Source: Guillardia theta CCMP2712 (taxonomy: Eukaryota > Protista > Cryptophyta). From it: a stretch of DNA of 38,859 nt. The stretch spans positions 1 through 38,859 of the forward strand of contig NW_005434585.1 of the NCBI RefSeq assembly GCF_000315625.1. Reading direction: 5' to 3'. A program made the translations under genes and the position numbers. Below are positions 1-11,900 of the stretch, piece after piece. The notes beneath the pieces are model-generated. The model ran no database searches and was not told where the DNA came from. It worked only from the letters and a program-made list of their open reading frames with translations. Position 1 is the stretch's first letter; each line of letters starts with the position of its first letter.

Positions 1-2724
1 TCCAGGCAGCTCTAGATAAGCGGAAGTCGAGGAGGCTCTGAGTCTCGGCCTCTCGCTTCACCTGCTGCTGGTACGTGTAGAGGATGATCCCCACGAAGAA
101 CCCCAGCCCGAAGATCTTCATGCCCAGCTGATACACCACACCGATGATGCTGATCAGCCCAAAGTCGTTGGCGCCATCGACTGCCGGGATGTCCTTGAAG
201 TGAGGCCCGCTCCCGCTGAGCATACTGAATTGTGTGCGAGCCGTTCGCATGTAGGAGTAGAAGCGAAGGTCGTCGGGCCCGAGGATCAAGGTGAAGGCGA
301 GGACGAAGCCTCCGTAGGCGATGGAGTAGCAGCAGGCGAGTGCGAGGAAGGGGGCGAGGCAGCGAAAGAAAGTCACGACGAGAGTCTCCGCCTTGTAGCT
401 CGTCGAGTCGCAGAACTTTAGGAGCTTGACCCACAGCAGCAGCGCGTTGAACGAGTTCCAGTAGCTTGTCTGCACCAGCCAGTACACGTACCCTGGAATC
501 TGAGTCGTGACCCGCGACTGAGAGCCAAGCAGCGTCTGATCTGCGTCAGACTTCACCCAGACTTGGACGGCGATGACGACGTAGAAGATAACGAGGTTCA
601 CGCAGCTGACTAGGTTGTGCCAGCGAAAGAAATAGCCGATGCCTTCCCGCTGCAAGAACACCAACTGCAGCAAAGTGTACAAGATGACCAGAACTAGCAA
701 GACAATGGTCAAGACATAACTGTCCTGACTGATGTTTGAGCAGGAGGGGCAGATATCAGCATTGCGAACGAAGATGGTGCGAATGAGTCGTCCCTCGAAA
801 GACTGCTCGAAGAGGACGGAGCAAGCGGACCAGATGTTCACATTGGGGTTGTACGTGGAGAACTCAAGCTGGACAGCTCTTGTGGCATTTCCATCCAGCC
901 AGCGATACTTGATCAGGTCGGCGAACAGCTTCTCAGCTTCCAAGGGGGCGTCAGGTAGGACGGCGATGTAGGACCCCTGCTCGTAGCTGCGGTCGAAAGA
1001 GGAGTAGATGGGTGTCGCAAACTCAGGCAGCTGGAAGAAGCTCCAGGCAGGAGATCTCAGGTCGTCGTCGACAGGCCAGGAGGTTCCTGGAGGGTTCGAG
1101 CGAATGTCGCGATGCTGAGGGTCCAGCTCGGGGAAGCATCGCTTGAAGTTGTTGCCCAGCAGGGTTGGGGTCTTGCAGTATTGCTCTGGCGCCCTCCACT
1201 GCCTTAACTCCAACAAGCCAACTACGATGTTGTTGCCCAACATGCTTCCTCGACTGCTGAGATGCGGAGACATTCCAAACATTCCCGCGTCAGCGACAAG
1301 ATTGCCGGCGATGTTGGTTGCGACGTAGTGTCGATCTATGAGGATGTTCTTCAGGTAGGGAAGCACCTGCTCGACTGTAGTGACGGACTCGATGCTCTTG
1401 TTGAGCCACATCTTCACTTGCGTCGCGTGCATCTGACCCACCAACGAGGATTGAGAGACGAGCAAGAGCGACGTCGCAATGCTGATGAACACTATGTACC
1501 AGCACATCTCGCCAAGTTTGCCGTATCTTTCCCGTTTCCTTGTGCGATAGTATACAACAGCATCATCCACGAAACTCAAAAAGTCTGCCCGTCTTGGTTC
1601 GAAGTCAAGTGAGTCGTTGGTATCTTCAGATTCTCCACTCCTCTCAGAATCTCCTGCCCCTTCATCTCCTGCCCCTTTGTCTTCTTTCCGTTCTTTCGCT
1701 GAATGAGCCGCCGCTGCCTGTTTTTCTTCTTGTATCAATGTTGCTTCTTCAGCCTCCGGATACAACCTTGCTGCTCTTGAGTGTTGCTCTTGCACCGGTG
1801 GATCAGGGGCGGAGAGCCTCTGAGACGACTGCGTCACAACAGACTTGTGAAGCAAGACGTGCGCCTGACTTGCTTCGATCGCCTTGAGAGCCATCAGCTT
1901 TCTCTCTTCGAGCTCTCTCAGCAGCTCAAGGTCTTCATCCGCAAAGTGCTTGTTGACATCTCCAGCATTTCCTTCCACGTAGATGCCACCGACATTCTGA
2001 GCAGCTTCTGTCGGTTGGGCTTCCAGGTCAAAGTCGCGGCTCTCGGTGTCTGACTCTGAGGCGTATTCGGGAGGGGAAGGAGGATCTCCTGTCATGTCCG
2101 AGTTCCCTTCCCAGGTTTCTTCCTCGAGGTTCATCGCTTCTGATTTCAGGGGAAGGCCCTCGCTGTCCTCTATCTGCATGTCCTCCGTTCCTTCATCCCT
2201 CTCGTCGTCTCTTGGCACCTCTCTTTCAACCTGCTGTGCTTCCTCCTGCTCAAGACGTGCGGCTGCGGTTTCTCCTCCAGTCACCACGTCTTGAGGATCA
2301 TTACGGTGTGGTACCTCTGCGGAAGTTGATTCAACTTTTTCCACTCGCAATTCTTTCCCCCTTCAGATTGTTTTGATATGGACTCGCTTGCTTTGCCTGG
2401 TTCCTCTGACTGCTTAGACATGGACTCTTGGGGCTTTCTCTTGCATCAGCATCACCATCTTCTGTTGTTCCATTCTCATTTCCCTCTCTTCTCGCTCCCC
2501 TTCTTCAATCTCACGGAGCAGAGCATCCAACTCGCTCGATTTATCTACTCCTGCTTCGCGAAAGTATTTTGAGGCGCTTTCCTGCCAAGACAGTCAAGAA
2601 CGAGCTTACTGTCTGCGTTCAAGATAATCACCCGAAACGACCGCGCAAGGTCGAAGTTCCAGTCATCAAGCGCATTTCTCGCATTGCTGAGAGTTTGATC
2701 CCCAAGCGACAACATATCTGCCAT
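1..2724 (-). CDS. Polycystin-2 (PKD2/TRPP)-like cation channel, 3' end truncated by window edge; long acidic N-terminal region; 5' structure uncertain
   Basis: Stop-free minus-strand frame from 2362 to position 1, absent from the ORF track because it has no stop in the window. Translation has polycystin hallmarks: GNNIVVGLLELRQWR, YRWLDGNATRAVQLEFSTYNPNVN (TOP domain), EGIGYFFRWHNLV, FNALLLWVKLLKF (S4), pore region RTQFSMLSGSGPHF, and S6 FGLGFFVGII. A putative first exon starts at ATG 2724 (MADMLSLGDQ...DLARSFR, ~50-nt intron, then ESASKYFREAG), but joining it to the main frame needs frameshifts or unseen introns at ~2330-2500. Confidence 0.88.
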
Positions 2725-2851
2725 CTTAGATAGCTTCGTCCAAGTTCAATTGGTCAGTGAAAGGATATGACTTGATACTCCTTCTTTTGATCTTGTCAGC
2801 TCATGCCTGAGACGGCTGCATGAAGAAGCTAACAACGAGAGTCAGCTGGGT

Positions 2852-2935
2852 CCACCTCCTATCCAATCCTCGCCACCTCCTCTCCCATCCTCGCCACCTC
2901 CTATCCCATCCTCGCCACCTCCTCTCCCATCCTCG
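2852..2935. repeat. ~21-bp tandem repeat (CCTCGCCACCTCCT[A/C]TCCCAT) x~4
   Basis: Directly visible near-identical units upstream of the PKD2-like gene. Confidence 0.9.
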
Positions 2936-3258
2936 GTCAGTTGCTTTCATCCAGTCAATTCCAGCCTGGTCTCATTGATATCCTGTTTCTTTTAACCGAC
3001 CATTGAATACCTATTTCCCGGAAACTACTGTCCCTACCCAACTTGACAACTCCCTGCCTTGTTCTATCCTCCATCCTCTTTCCACCTCGCTCAGTCCCCC
3101 ATCGTTCTCTTCTCTGCCTCTCTCTTCTTCATGTTTTTCTTCTCTACCTCCCATCTCCCCCTCCTCCTTGTTCTTCTTCTTCCTCCTTCCCCCTGCATCT
3201 CTTCGTCCTACCATATCAACCGCTGCACAAAAAAAAAAAGTCAAAAAGACGCACGTCG

Positions 3259-3791
3259 NNNNNNNNNNNNNNNNNNNNNNNNNNNNNNNNNNNNNNNNNN
3301 NNNNNNNNNNNNNNNNNNNNNNNNNNNNNNNNNNNNNNNNNNNNNNNNNNNNNNNNNNNNNNNNNNNNNNNNNNNNNNNNNNNNNNNNNNNNNNNNNNNN
3401 NNNNNNNNNNNNNNNNNNNNNNNNNNNNNNNNNNNNNNNNNNNNNNNNNNNNNNNNNNNNNNNNNNNNNNNNNNNNNNNNNNNNNNNNNNNNNNNNNNNN
3501 NNNNNNNNNNNNNNNNNNNNNNNNNNNNNNNNNNNNNNNNNNNNNNNNNNNNNNNNNNNNNNNNNNNNNNNNNNNNNNNNNNNNNNNNNNNNNNNNNNNN
3601 NNNNNNNNNNNNNNNNNNNNNNNNNNNNNNNNNNNNNNNNNNNNNNNNNNNNNNNNNNNNNNNNNNNNNNNNNNNNNNNNNNNNNNNNNNNNNNNNNNNN
3701 NNNNNNNNNNNNNNNNNNNNNNNNNNNNNNNNNNNNNNNNNNNNNNNNNNNNNNNNNNNNNNNNNNNNNNNNNNNNNNNNNNNNNNNNNNN
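3259..3791. other. Assembly gap (N run)
   Basis: Run of N. Confidence 1.
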
Positions 3792-4105
3792 TTGCCTTGT
3801 CTTGTCCGGTCTTGTCTTGTCTTGTCTTGTCTTGTCTTGTCTTGTCTTGCCTTGCCTTGTCTTGTCTTGTCTTGTCTTGTCCCGGTCTTGTCTTGTCTTG
3901 TCTTGTCTTGTCTTGTCTTGTCTTGTCTTGCCTTGCCTTGTCTTGTCTTGTCTTGTCTTGCGTTGCCTTGACTTGCCTTGTCTTGCCTTGCCTTGCCTTG
4001 TCTTGCCTTGCCTTGTCTTGTCTTGTCTTGTCTTGTCTTGCCTTGTCTTGCCTTGTCTTGCGTTGTCTTGCCTTGTCTTGCGTTGCCTTGCCTTGCCTTG
4101 CCTTG
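3792..4105. repeat. Pentanucleotide microsatellite (CTTGT/CTTGC)n
   Basis: Directly visible; abuts the gap; source of the spurious SCLVL/RQDKT ORFs. Confidence 0.97.
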
Positions 4106-4450
4106 TTGCCGTCTGGTCTGATTTTGTCTCATGCAAGAGAGACTCTGAAAAGCTCAATCAGGCAGGCAGGAGCGTCAGGAGGGTGACCGATAAGAGGAGA
4201 TGAAGTCCAGCCATTGGACTTGAGCGTGCGAGATGTTCATTGTGCTTTGAAGCAAACGCACGCCGAGGGAAGTCTGATCGCTTGACGATGCAGTCAGACG
4301 ACGTATGCTCGACAGCTGTACATCTCAATATGTCTGTGATGTCTGCTTCAGGACCTCTCCGTGCGGTCATCCTCGGCAGCTCTGTCATATACCACTTACA
4401 CGGACGACGGTGAGGCGATACTATCTGATGAGACCTGAGCTTCTTTTCAG

Positions 4451-7400
4451 ATGACGAGGATGACAAGCCGGTCACCGTCGCTTCATCCAGGAAGAACGAC
4501 CTGTACAAGGAGCATGATGGTTGGTGATGGGTTGACCTGTGCTGGCAGAATACAAACATTTGATGACGAAGCTCAAAGTCTTCTTGATCAAATCAATCAG
4601 GACCTTGGAAAGTCGTTGGTGTTGAAGACAGAGAAGAAGAGAAGCAGAGCGCGAGGCATCCTTGGAATCATGAAGGGAGTTATCGACGACTTTCTGGTGC
4701 CTCCAGAGATCCGTCCGTGAGAACGACAAGGTTTGATGAGACTGCTACTGATGGGTGTCAAGGTATTTCGAGAGAGAGCAGCGCGAAATACAGAAGGAGC
4801 AAAAGCTACAGCAGAAACTGGAGGTGCGCAAGCGAAACGCTTTGTAGGAGGCGTTGCATTGCTGTCATTCATTGGCTCTCAGGAAGAAAAGAAGAAATCT
4901 GAGTGGAAGAGGTTGAACCGCAGGAAGAGCGAAGATAGCACGGCCATGAGCAAGTTAGGAGAGCCTGTCGAAGATGCGCTGGAGTGGTAACATGTCGGGT
5001 AGGTACAATGCGATGCGGGAAGAAAAACAAAAAGCAGCAGAGAGAATCGTGCGATGGGAAAAAGATCTAGCCAGAGTGAGGACTGAAAATATGATAATGT
5101 TAAACCTGATACACTTGTCGCATGTACGTAGAAGAACGCGCAGCCAGACTTGGACAAGATGTTTGCTCGTCAAGATGTGGCTGCTGGACAAGAAGTATCG
5201 CGTAGAAGAGACGGATTCGCAGCTGTTAAGCTTCCCGATGGATCGACGTACGAGGGGGAGTGGATGGAGTACAAGCAGCATGGCTACGGCAAGATGACGT
5301 TTCCCGACGGTTCTCAGTACAGCGGTTTCTTCTCTGAGGGCAAGCGGAGTGGAGTCGGAGGTTTCCGGAGCGAGGCAGGTGGGAGAAGCTACAAGGGCGA
5401 GTGGCTGAATGGGAAGGCGCATGGGCATGGGGAGCGACACGATCGGATGAAGGGAGTCATCTACTCCGGGCAGTGGCTCCACGGGAAGCGACATGGTTGC
5501 GGGATGCAGCTGGACTGCAGGACTGGAAACGTATGGAAGATGATGCGAGGATGAGAATCTGACGAGGCTTGTCTGCAGGTCTTGTCAGGAAGTTGGAAGG
5601 AGGGGATGAAAGACGGGACTGCCGTCTTCGTCTCCAATGAGATGAAAGATGGACTTGGGAAGTTCATTGAGACTTGGAAAGACGGCGTTCTGCTCGCTCG
5701 CTCCCCTTACGATCCAATCCTGCATGGCACCGACCTAGTCAACGAAGCGAGCGGAGCAGCGAACCTCGCGAAGCTCAAGGCCATGGAGTGTGAAAGAAGA
5801 GACTCGTCGAGATGGACTGGCAAGATGGAGGAGCAGGACAGGCAGGAGGCAGCAGCAGCTCCTGCCTCTTGTGACGACACCGAGTATGCCTTGATCCCTG
5901 AGAGAGAATTCCGTCGACTGATCCATCTTGCTCACTCCCCTGATCCACAAGTAGAGCACATGGTGCTGCAAGTCTTCGACGGAGCTGCTGAGCAGCCAGG
6001 CTCTTATGAAGGCGAGACCGTCTTCAGAGTGAAGCAAGAGGTGTGGGATTCGAGCATCCGTCAACTGCAACATCACTTTGCGCGTAAAATTCAGAGACAT
6101 TGGAGAAACAACGGGCTGAGACGGCTTGTCGCTGCTTGCAAGAAATCGTATAAAGATGCTGTAGAGAAACAGAACGTGATGGATGGGGAGGCTGCAGCGA
6201 AGAAAGCGGCGAGGGAGTCATCGCTTGTGAAGCAGCTGAATGAAGGAGGAGCGACAGCAGCAGCCCTCTTCGATCGCATCGCAAGAGACCCCAAGAAGCG
6301 AGAGGCTTCCAGGCTCTTGTACGAGGCGAGGCAGCTCTACAGCATGGAGTCACGAGTCCTCCCCGGCATGGAGACCAACGACTACCTGGTCTTGTCGCAA
6401 CGTCTTGTGCGGCGCCTGCAGATCCTCGAGAAGGATGCGAATGCTGGTCGACGAATGTGGGACAAGGCCAAACTGAGGTTGAAGTTCATCTCCGCCTCCA
6501 AGCCGAGGAGCGACAACATCGTGAAGAAGAGAAGCCTGATGAGGTTTGAGGACGACTACGGTGCCGGCGAGAACTCCGCCGCTCTCTCAAGGTGGCTCTC
6601 CTCCTCTCTTGCTTGCGCTTGTCTCTTTCTCACGCTGCTCAGCTACAAGTTCGCCGACGGCACCTCCTACAACGGAGAGACACAGGCTGGGCTGCCGCAC
6701 GGGTTCGGAGCGGCCTTATATCCGGATGGCAGCACCTTCTCGGGTCAGTTTGCCAAGGGGAAGAGGAATGGGCTGGGGGTTTACAGCAAGACGATCAACT
6801 CGCGGACCCTCAAGCACATGGGCGAGTGGCTTCACGACTTGAGACATGGGTTCGCCATCGAGCAGCTGCACCTGCCGGCGAAGCCTCTCAAGCTCTTCAT
6901 GTGTGAGTATCACTTCAACACCTCGCTGGCGAAGGAGGCCGTCCTCGACCCGGGTACCTCCCTCTGCTCTCTCCTCGCGTGCTGACTAGGCGGCAGAGAG
7001 CACGCGCGAGTGGGTCAGAGCGTGCGAGCACGTGTCTGACCTCGCCAACAAATTCGCCTTCGACTCGAAGCGACCGGCGGCTACCGGGAAGCTGCGACTG
7101 CGACTAGAGCCCTCGGAGCTCATCGAGTTCGAGCCAGCGCAAGGGATCTCCGTGTACACAGGCAGCCGAGGCTGAGCCGCGTCACAGGCTGACGGTCATG
7201 GCAGGCGAGCTCAACGAGGGTCTCAAGCACGGGGTAGGTCACATGCGATGGCACGACGGCCGGATGTTCGCCGGAGGGTTCGCGGGAGGCAAGATGACGG
7301 GGCTGGGGATGCTGATGGAAGCAGACGGGTCCGTCTTCTTGGGGAGGTTCCGCGAGGGCGACCAAGACGGCTATGGAGGGTTCTTCTCGTCCGACGGGAT

Positions 7401-8465
7401 CGTGCTGATAGGGATGTGGAGGTCAGGGCGACGGCATGGAGCTGGGGTCGAGCAGGAAGAGAGAGAAGGTCAAGTGAAGTGGAAGGCGGTGGTGCAGTAC
7501 CAACAGGACGAGCTGGTCCATCTCGATGATTTCTCGTCAGGTCTGTGCCTTTTAGCCTCCTCCTCTTCTTACTCCCGCAGACGAAGTCTCCAGCTGGATC
7601 GAAGCGGCTGAGCGAACCATCCATGACGCTTGTCGGCGAGTGGTGGCGCACGTGAGAGGAGCGGCAGCTGACCTGGTGACAGGCAAGCAAGTCTGGCCTT
7701 CCCGCCGACCAGGCAAGAGTTTCAAGGGGATGGCAATGGATACAAGATGTTTGTAGGAGGCCACGTGAACGACCAGCGGAATGGGTGAGAGAGAGGAGGG
7801 ACAAGCGAAGTGAAGCGAGAGGAACTGAAGCGAAGGCAGGTATGGCGTGCTTATGAAGCATGATGGGACAAGATACGTCGGTGAATGGATGCGAGACCTT
7901 CCTCACGGTCAGCATTGAAGCAGAGATGTTGCTTTTCTCTCATGTGACTTTCATTCTCCATCTGCTGCTGCTGCTGCTGCTGCTGCTCTTTCTTCTCGTC
8001 CTCCTGCTCCTCCGCAGGTCTCGGAGTGGAGTATTACCCGGACAAGTCGGTCTACCAGGGGAACTTCCGGAGGGGGAAGCGAGAGGGGCTAGGGAAGTAC
8101 ACGCTTGAAGACGGCAGCTTCTATCTCGGAGAATGGAGACAAGGGAGGAGACAAGGGAGGGGCTGGGAGCACGAGCTGTTCAAGATGGTTTGAACCTCCT
8201 GTAGAGCTCTAGAGCTTCGGCTTGACTAGACGGGCAGGGAACCTCTGCCATCAACATCCGAGACTGGCTGGTGGAATTCGATGACGACAAGGAGATGAGT
8301 GAGAGGACTCGAGACTCGAGATGCTCCTCACTCTCCACAGGTCGCAAACCGAAGCGCAACAAGCAGGAGGGCAGCTGGACAAGGGAAGCAGAGGCGAAGG
8401 CGAGCAAGGCAGCTGCGATCGAAGAAGAGACGATCCAAGACTACGAGGACCTGCTGGACATCTAA
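4451..8465 (+). CDS. Multi-exon MORN-repeat protein with IQ calmodulin-binding motif (5' end uncertain)
   Basis: Many MORN repeats (YEGEWMEYKQHGYGKMTFPDGS, YSGFFSEGKRSGVG, YKGEWLNGKAHGHG, YNGETQAGLPHGFGAALYPDGS, FAGGFAGGKMTGLG, YQGNFRRGKREGLGKYTLEDGS) in several clusters joined by short GT-AG introns. IQ-like FARKIQRHWRNNGLRR at ~6077-6125. Last exon ends EEETIQDYEDLLDI* at 8465. Confidence 0.85.
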
Positions 8466-8590
8466 GGTAAACCTCGACTCTCTCTTCCTGCATTGCCATG
8501 GAACTCGCTCTACTGGCTCACCTCTTGCTCAGCTTGTGTCTACTTGAGCTTGCGGTGATCTGTCTCCGATCATCTTCACATCACAGGATG

Positions 8591-8670
8591 GTTGTCGACT
8601 GTGCAATGTCTTAGAGTCCGTATTCAGGTGGTTGTCGACTGTGCAATGTCTTAGAGTCCGTATTCAGGTG
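8591..8670. repeat. Perfect 40-bp tandem duplication
   Basis: GTTGTCGACTGTGCAATGTCTTAGAGTCCGTATTCAGGTG occurs at 8591-8630 and 8631-8670. Confidence 0.97.
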
Positions 8671-8954
8671 TAGACTGATCAAGAAACAAACCCAGTCATC
8701 GAGGAGAGAAGAAGATGATCGACTGTCACTCCTTGTCCTCGTTCCTCATTGAAAGCAAAAGAAACATTTCCAAGACACGACAAACATCTCTTATAGATGA
8801 CATCAGATTTGTTCCACTCATATCTTCATTATTCACACCCTTCATTCATGCAAAATTTGCAACAATTCTCCATCAAGTAAGTGTTGTCGATGTCCACGAA
8901 GTTCCGTATCTGAAAGCTCGCTTGCAATTCTACAAACAATGAGCACCACAAGAC

Positions 8955-11900
8955 TTAAATCTGCCGATGTCATCACCTTTCATCCACAGTCGACATTTGA
9001 CCAGACATCCCACCATCTCCAACTCAGCGTCGACGTTGAACTGCAGATGATGCAGCTCAGCCAAGGACGCGAGGGGCGCTAGGCGAGTACCATGACCATG
9101 TAGCAGGGGATCATCTGACTCGATGTTGCGGCCACAGCGAACTGAAATGTCGGCATGAGACTCGAGGAGCAGCAGAGGCTCTCGGGCTGCCTTACCCGAC
9201 TTCTCTCCAGCACGCAGTCGTGCAGGCGCATCTGTCAGCGCCGTCAGATCGGCAGCAGGTGGAGAAGTGAAAACTTGCCGCTGCGCAGTCGTGCATGTAC
9301 ACGGCTTCTTTTGTCTCCCTGATCTGTCACGTCGTCACTCTCCCGCTGCTCTCGGTTTGGCGTTACTGTCGAGTTGCACAGGAAACCTGACGCGCTATGC
9401 ATCGCTCCGATCCCCGTCTGAACTCCCTGCGCCCAAGCTCGTGACTTCCTCACCACTGACGCGGCTGCTCGACCTGGATGACCGTAGACTTGATGACCAC
9501 CGAAGCTTGACAGTCGAGGAAGAGGCCGGCAGCCGATCCTCCTCCCCCAATGCAGCAGTTCTCCAAGTTGATCGATGCTTGCTCGGTGATGCGGAACTCC
9601 TGCTCCAGCCCTTCACCTTCTTCACAAGGATCCCCTCCCACCCCCCCCGCGCGCTCTCTCCTCCTCCTCCTCCTCCTCCTCCTCCTCCTCCTCCTCCTAC
9701 CCGTGACAAGTCGCCATCTGCGCGAACGCAACAGGAGCCGAACGTCCACATCCCATGGAACGCGTAGACGCAGGAGGCGCCTGCAAAGCTCTCAGGGGAC
9801 GTGGCAGTCCCGACATGCGCTCTCAACCATTCTGGTCCAAGCTGAAGGTCAGCTGGCGGAAGGCTCCAGCAGCGTTGCAGAGGAGTGGCCTCTGCACCCT
9901 AGTGCTGCCAGCTGAGGGAACGACGGCTACGAGACAGCAAGCTCACCTGTCCGGCTTCCAGAAGAGATCAGGACGAAGAAACTCAGCAGTCTCCCGCATC
10001 TTGTCCAGTCAGAAACCAGTCAGCCAGTCAGCCAGTCAGCCTCGCAGCAAGCAGCAAGCTTGCTTGACCTCGCTGAAGGGTGGCACACTCATTCCAAGGG
10101 TCACTCTACCACAGAAGCCGCTGGCGCTGACGTTCTCTTCCCCCCCTCCAGGTCACAGCAGGGTCAGAGCAGATTCATGGCTGAGATAGGGGGAATACGG
10201 AGAAAGACATGTCCCGAGAAGTGACGCAGATCGCCTTCCATGATCTTGAAAGTCTCTTCGCTCTCGGAGACAAAGAGTTGCGGCCCTTGCATCACGACGG
10301 GAGTCTTTTTCCTCGCGGCTTCGTCTAGTCTGGCTCTGCAGAGACGTCAAAGCAGGATGACGAGGAGAGGACGAGAACCTAAGAGCCCTGGGGACTGAGA
10401 CAGTCGGCTGCGACAGCATGAGGAGCTTGAGGGCAGCAAGTCAATCACCTCGAGGCTCTGCGGGCTCACAAGCATGCGGCCTCGACATGCTCGCGTGTCG
10501 GACTTGCTCGAGGAGTTCCAGGCAGCAGACTCTGAGAGCAGCCGTTACTTGCTGTCCTACCGTTACTTGCTGTCTTCCGGTCTCATCCTCACCCTCAAGC
10601 TCAAGTGCCAACTGTGCCATCGCTCGCAGCTTCGGGGCGATTGCGGACCCGTCGCGAGTGACACCTGGAGGGTTCGCTATGGCCAAATAGTCACGAGCAG
10701 ACGACAGCGTCTAGTCGCACCTGGTTTGATGACTCCGATCTCAAGATCCGTGTAGTCTGCGAGCACTCAGACGAGGAGAAGATGAGCGAGACAACAACGA
10801 CTTGCAAGGAACCGCCTCCTCTCCTGCCTGATGAGACACACATGCACCTCCTCCTTCTGCTGCTGCCGTCACGTTGGCTTTTGCTATAAGCCAAGACTAG
10901 GAACCTTGTCTTTCTCTTCCTCGCTTGACGAGAAATCTCTGAAGGAAACCCGTCAAAAGTGTGACAGCTTAGCTTCAGCTCAACCCAATCGGTGCCTGCT
11001 GATCTCCTGCAGCGATTTGAAGACCTCGGCGAAGCTCCTGACCGCACATGTTTTAGTGAAAGAGCAAACATAGAGATGCTTACAGGAAAATCGTTCATCA
11101 GATCAACGTGACGAGTAAGTCGCTTGCGTTTCCTTTCCTGCTTGAACCGTAACCTCGACTCATTCAACATGCTTCACTGACTTCTGATTCAGCAGTCCAC
11201 TGACGTTCAAGACAGAGTTCAACGGGCTCGCCCGGCCTTCCCATGATCTGGGGAGCCAAGGATGAGGAGGTCGAGGAGCGTCACGGTTGTCAGCAGCTCA
11301 CAAGCTCCATGGCGTTGATCAGCGGCCAAGTATCCATCGAGATTATGTCTCGCTGCGACAGGCTGTTGCACTTGCGACCCTCCTCCTCTGGTCACCTGCA
11401 TCAGCCGCACACTCTTGAGCCTGTCCCCCACTTGCACGCATCCGCTGTGAGCGGCAGGCGAGTCTGGCGAGTCAGAGGAGCAGGAGACGATGAGAAGACC
11501 ACGAGAAGACCACGAGAGCAGCACCGGGGAAGATGTATCGCACGAAGATGTATCCTGGTCGTCCAAACGAGCGATCGATGACGGTGAGGTCTATGGGAAC
11601 AATGAAGGCGAGCAGATGGGCAGGAGCAACAGACCAGAACCGCGATCCTCTAGACTGACATCGGGATACTTGAAGGCGTCAACGCCCGTGCTCTGCTCGA
11701 GGTCTTAGTTCTCAAGAGCATGGAGCGCTGCAGCTCTTACCTCGCGCTCCCATCCTTCTGTTTCCCATGGCGCGTACTTACTCCATACGATCTACAGCAG
11801 GCATGAATGAAGGCTCTTCGACTTCCCTCTACTCACCCCTAAGTCCCCAGTCGACAGCGAGCTGAACCGCCTCGGGTCTCCCTCCTTCGAATCCTCTTCC

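Noticed and set aside
3003-4203. Long ORFs on both strands (313-386 aa)
   Set aside because: Artefacts of the N gap and the (CTTGT)n microsatellite.
8591-8670. Direct repeat as a CRISPR array
   Set aside because: Only two abutting copies, no spacer, eukaryotic context, no cas genes.
9004-9145. FAVAATSSQMIPCYMVMF resembles the PARP catalytic C-terminal Q..P.Y motif
   Set aside because: No H-G-T or Y-F-A PARP motifs upstream; the adjacent exons fit a beta-helix pattern better.
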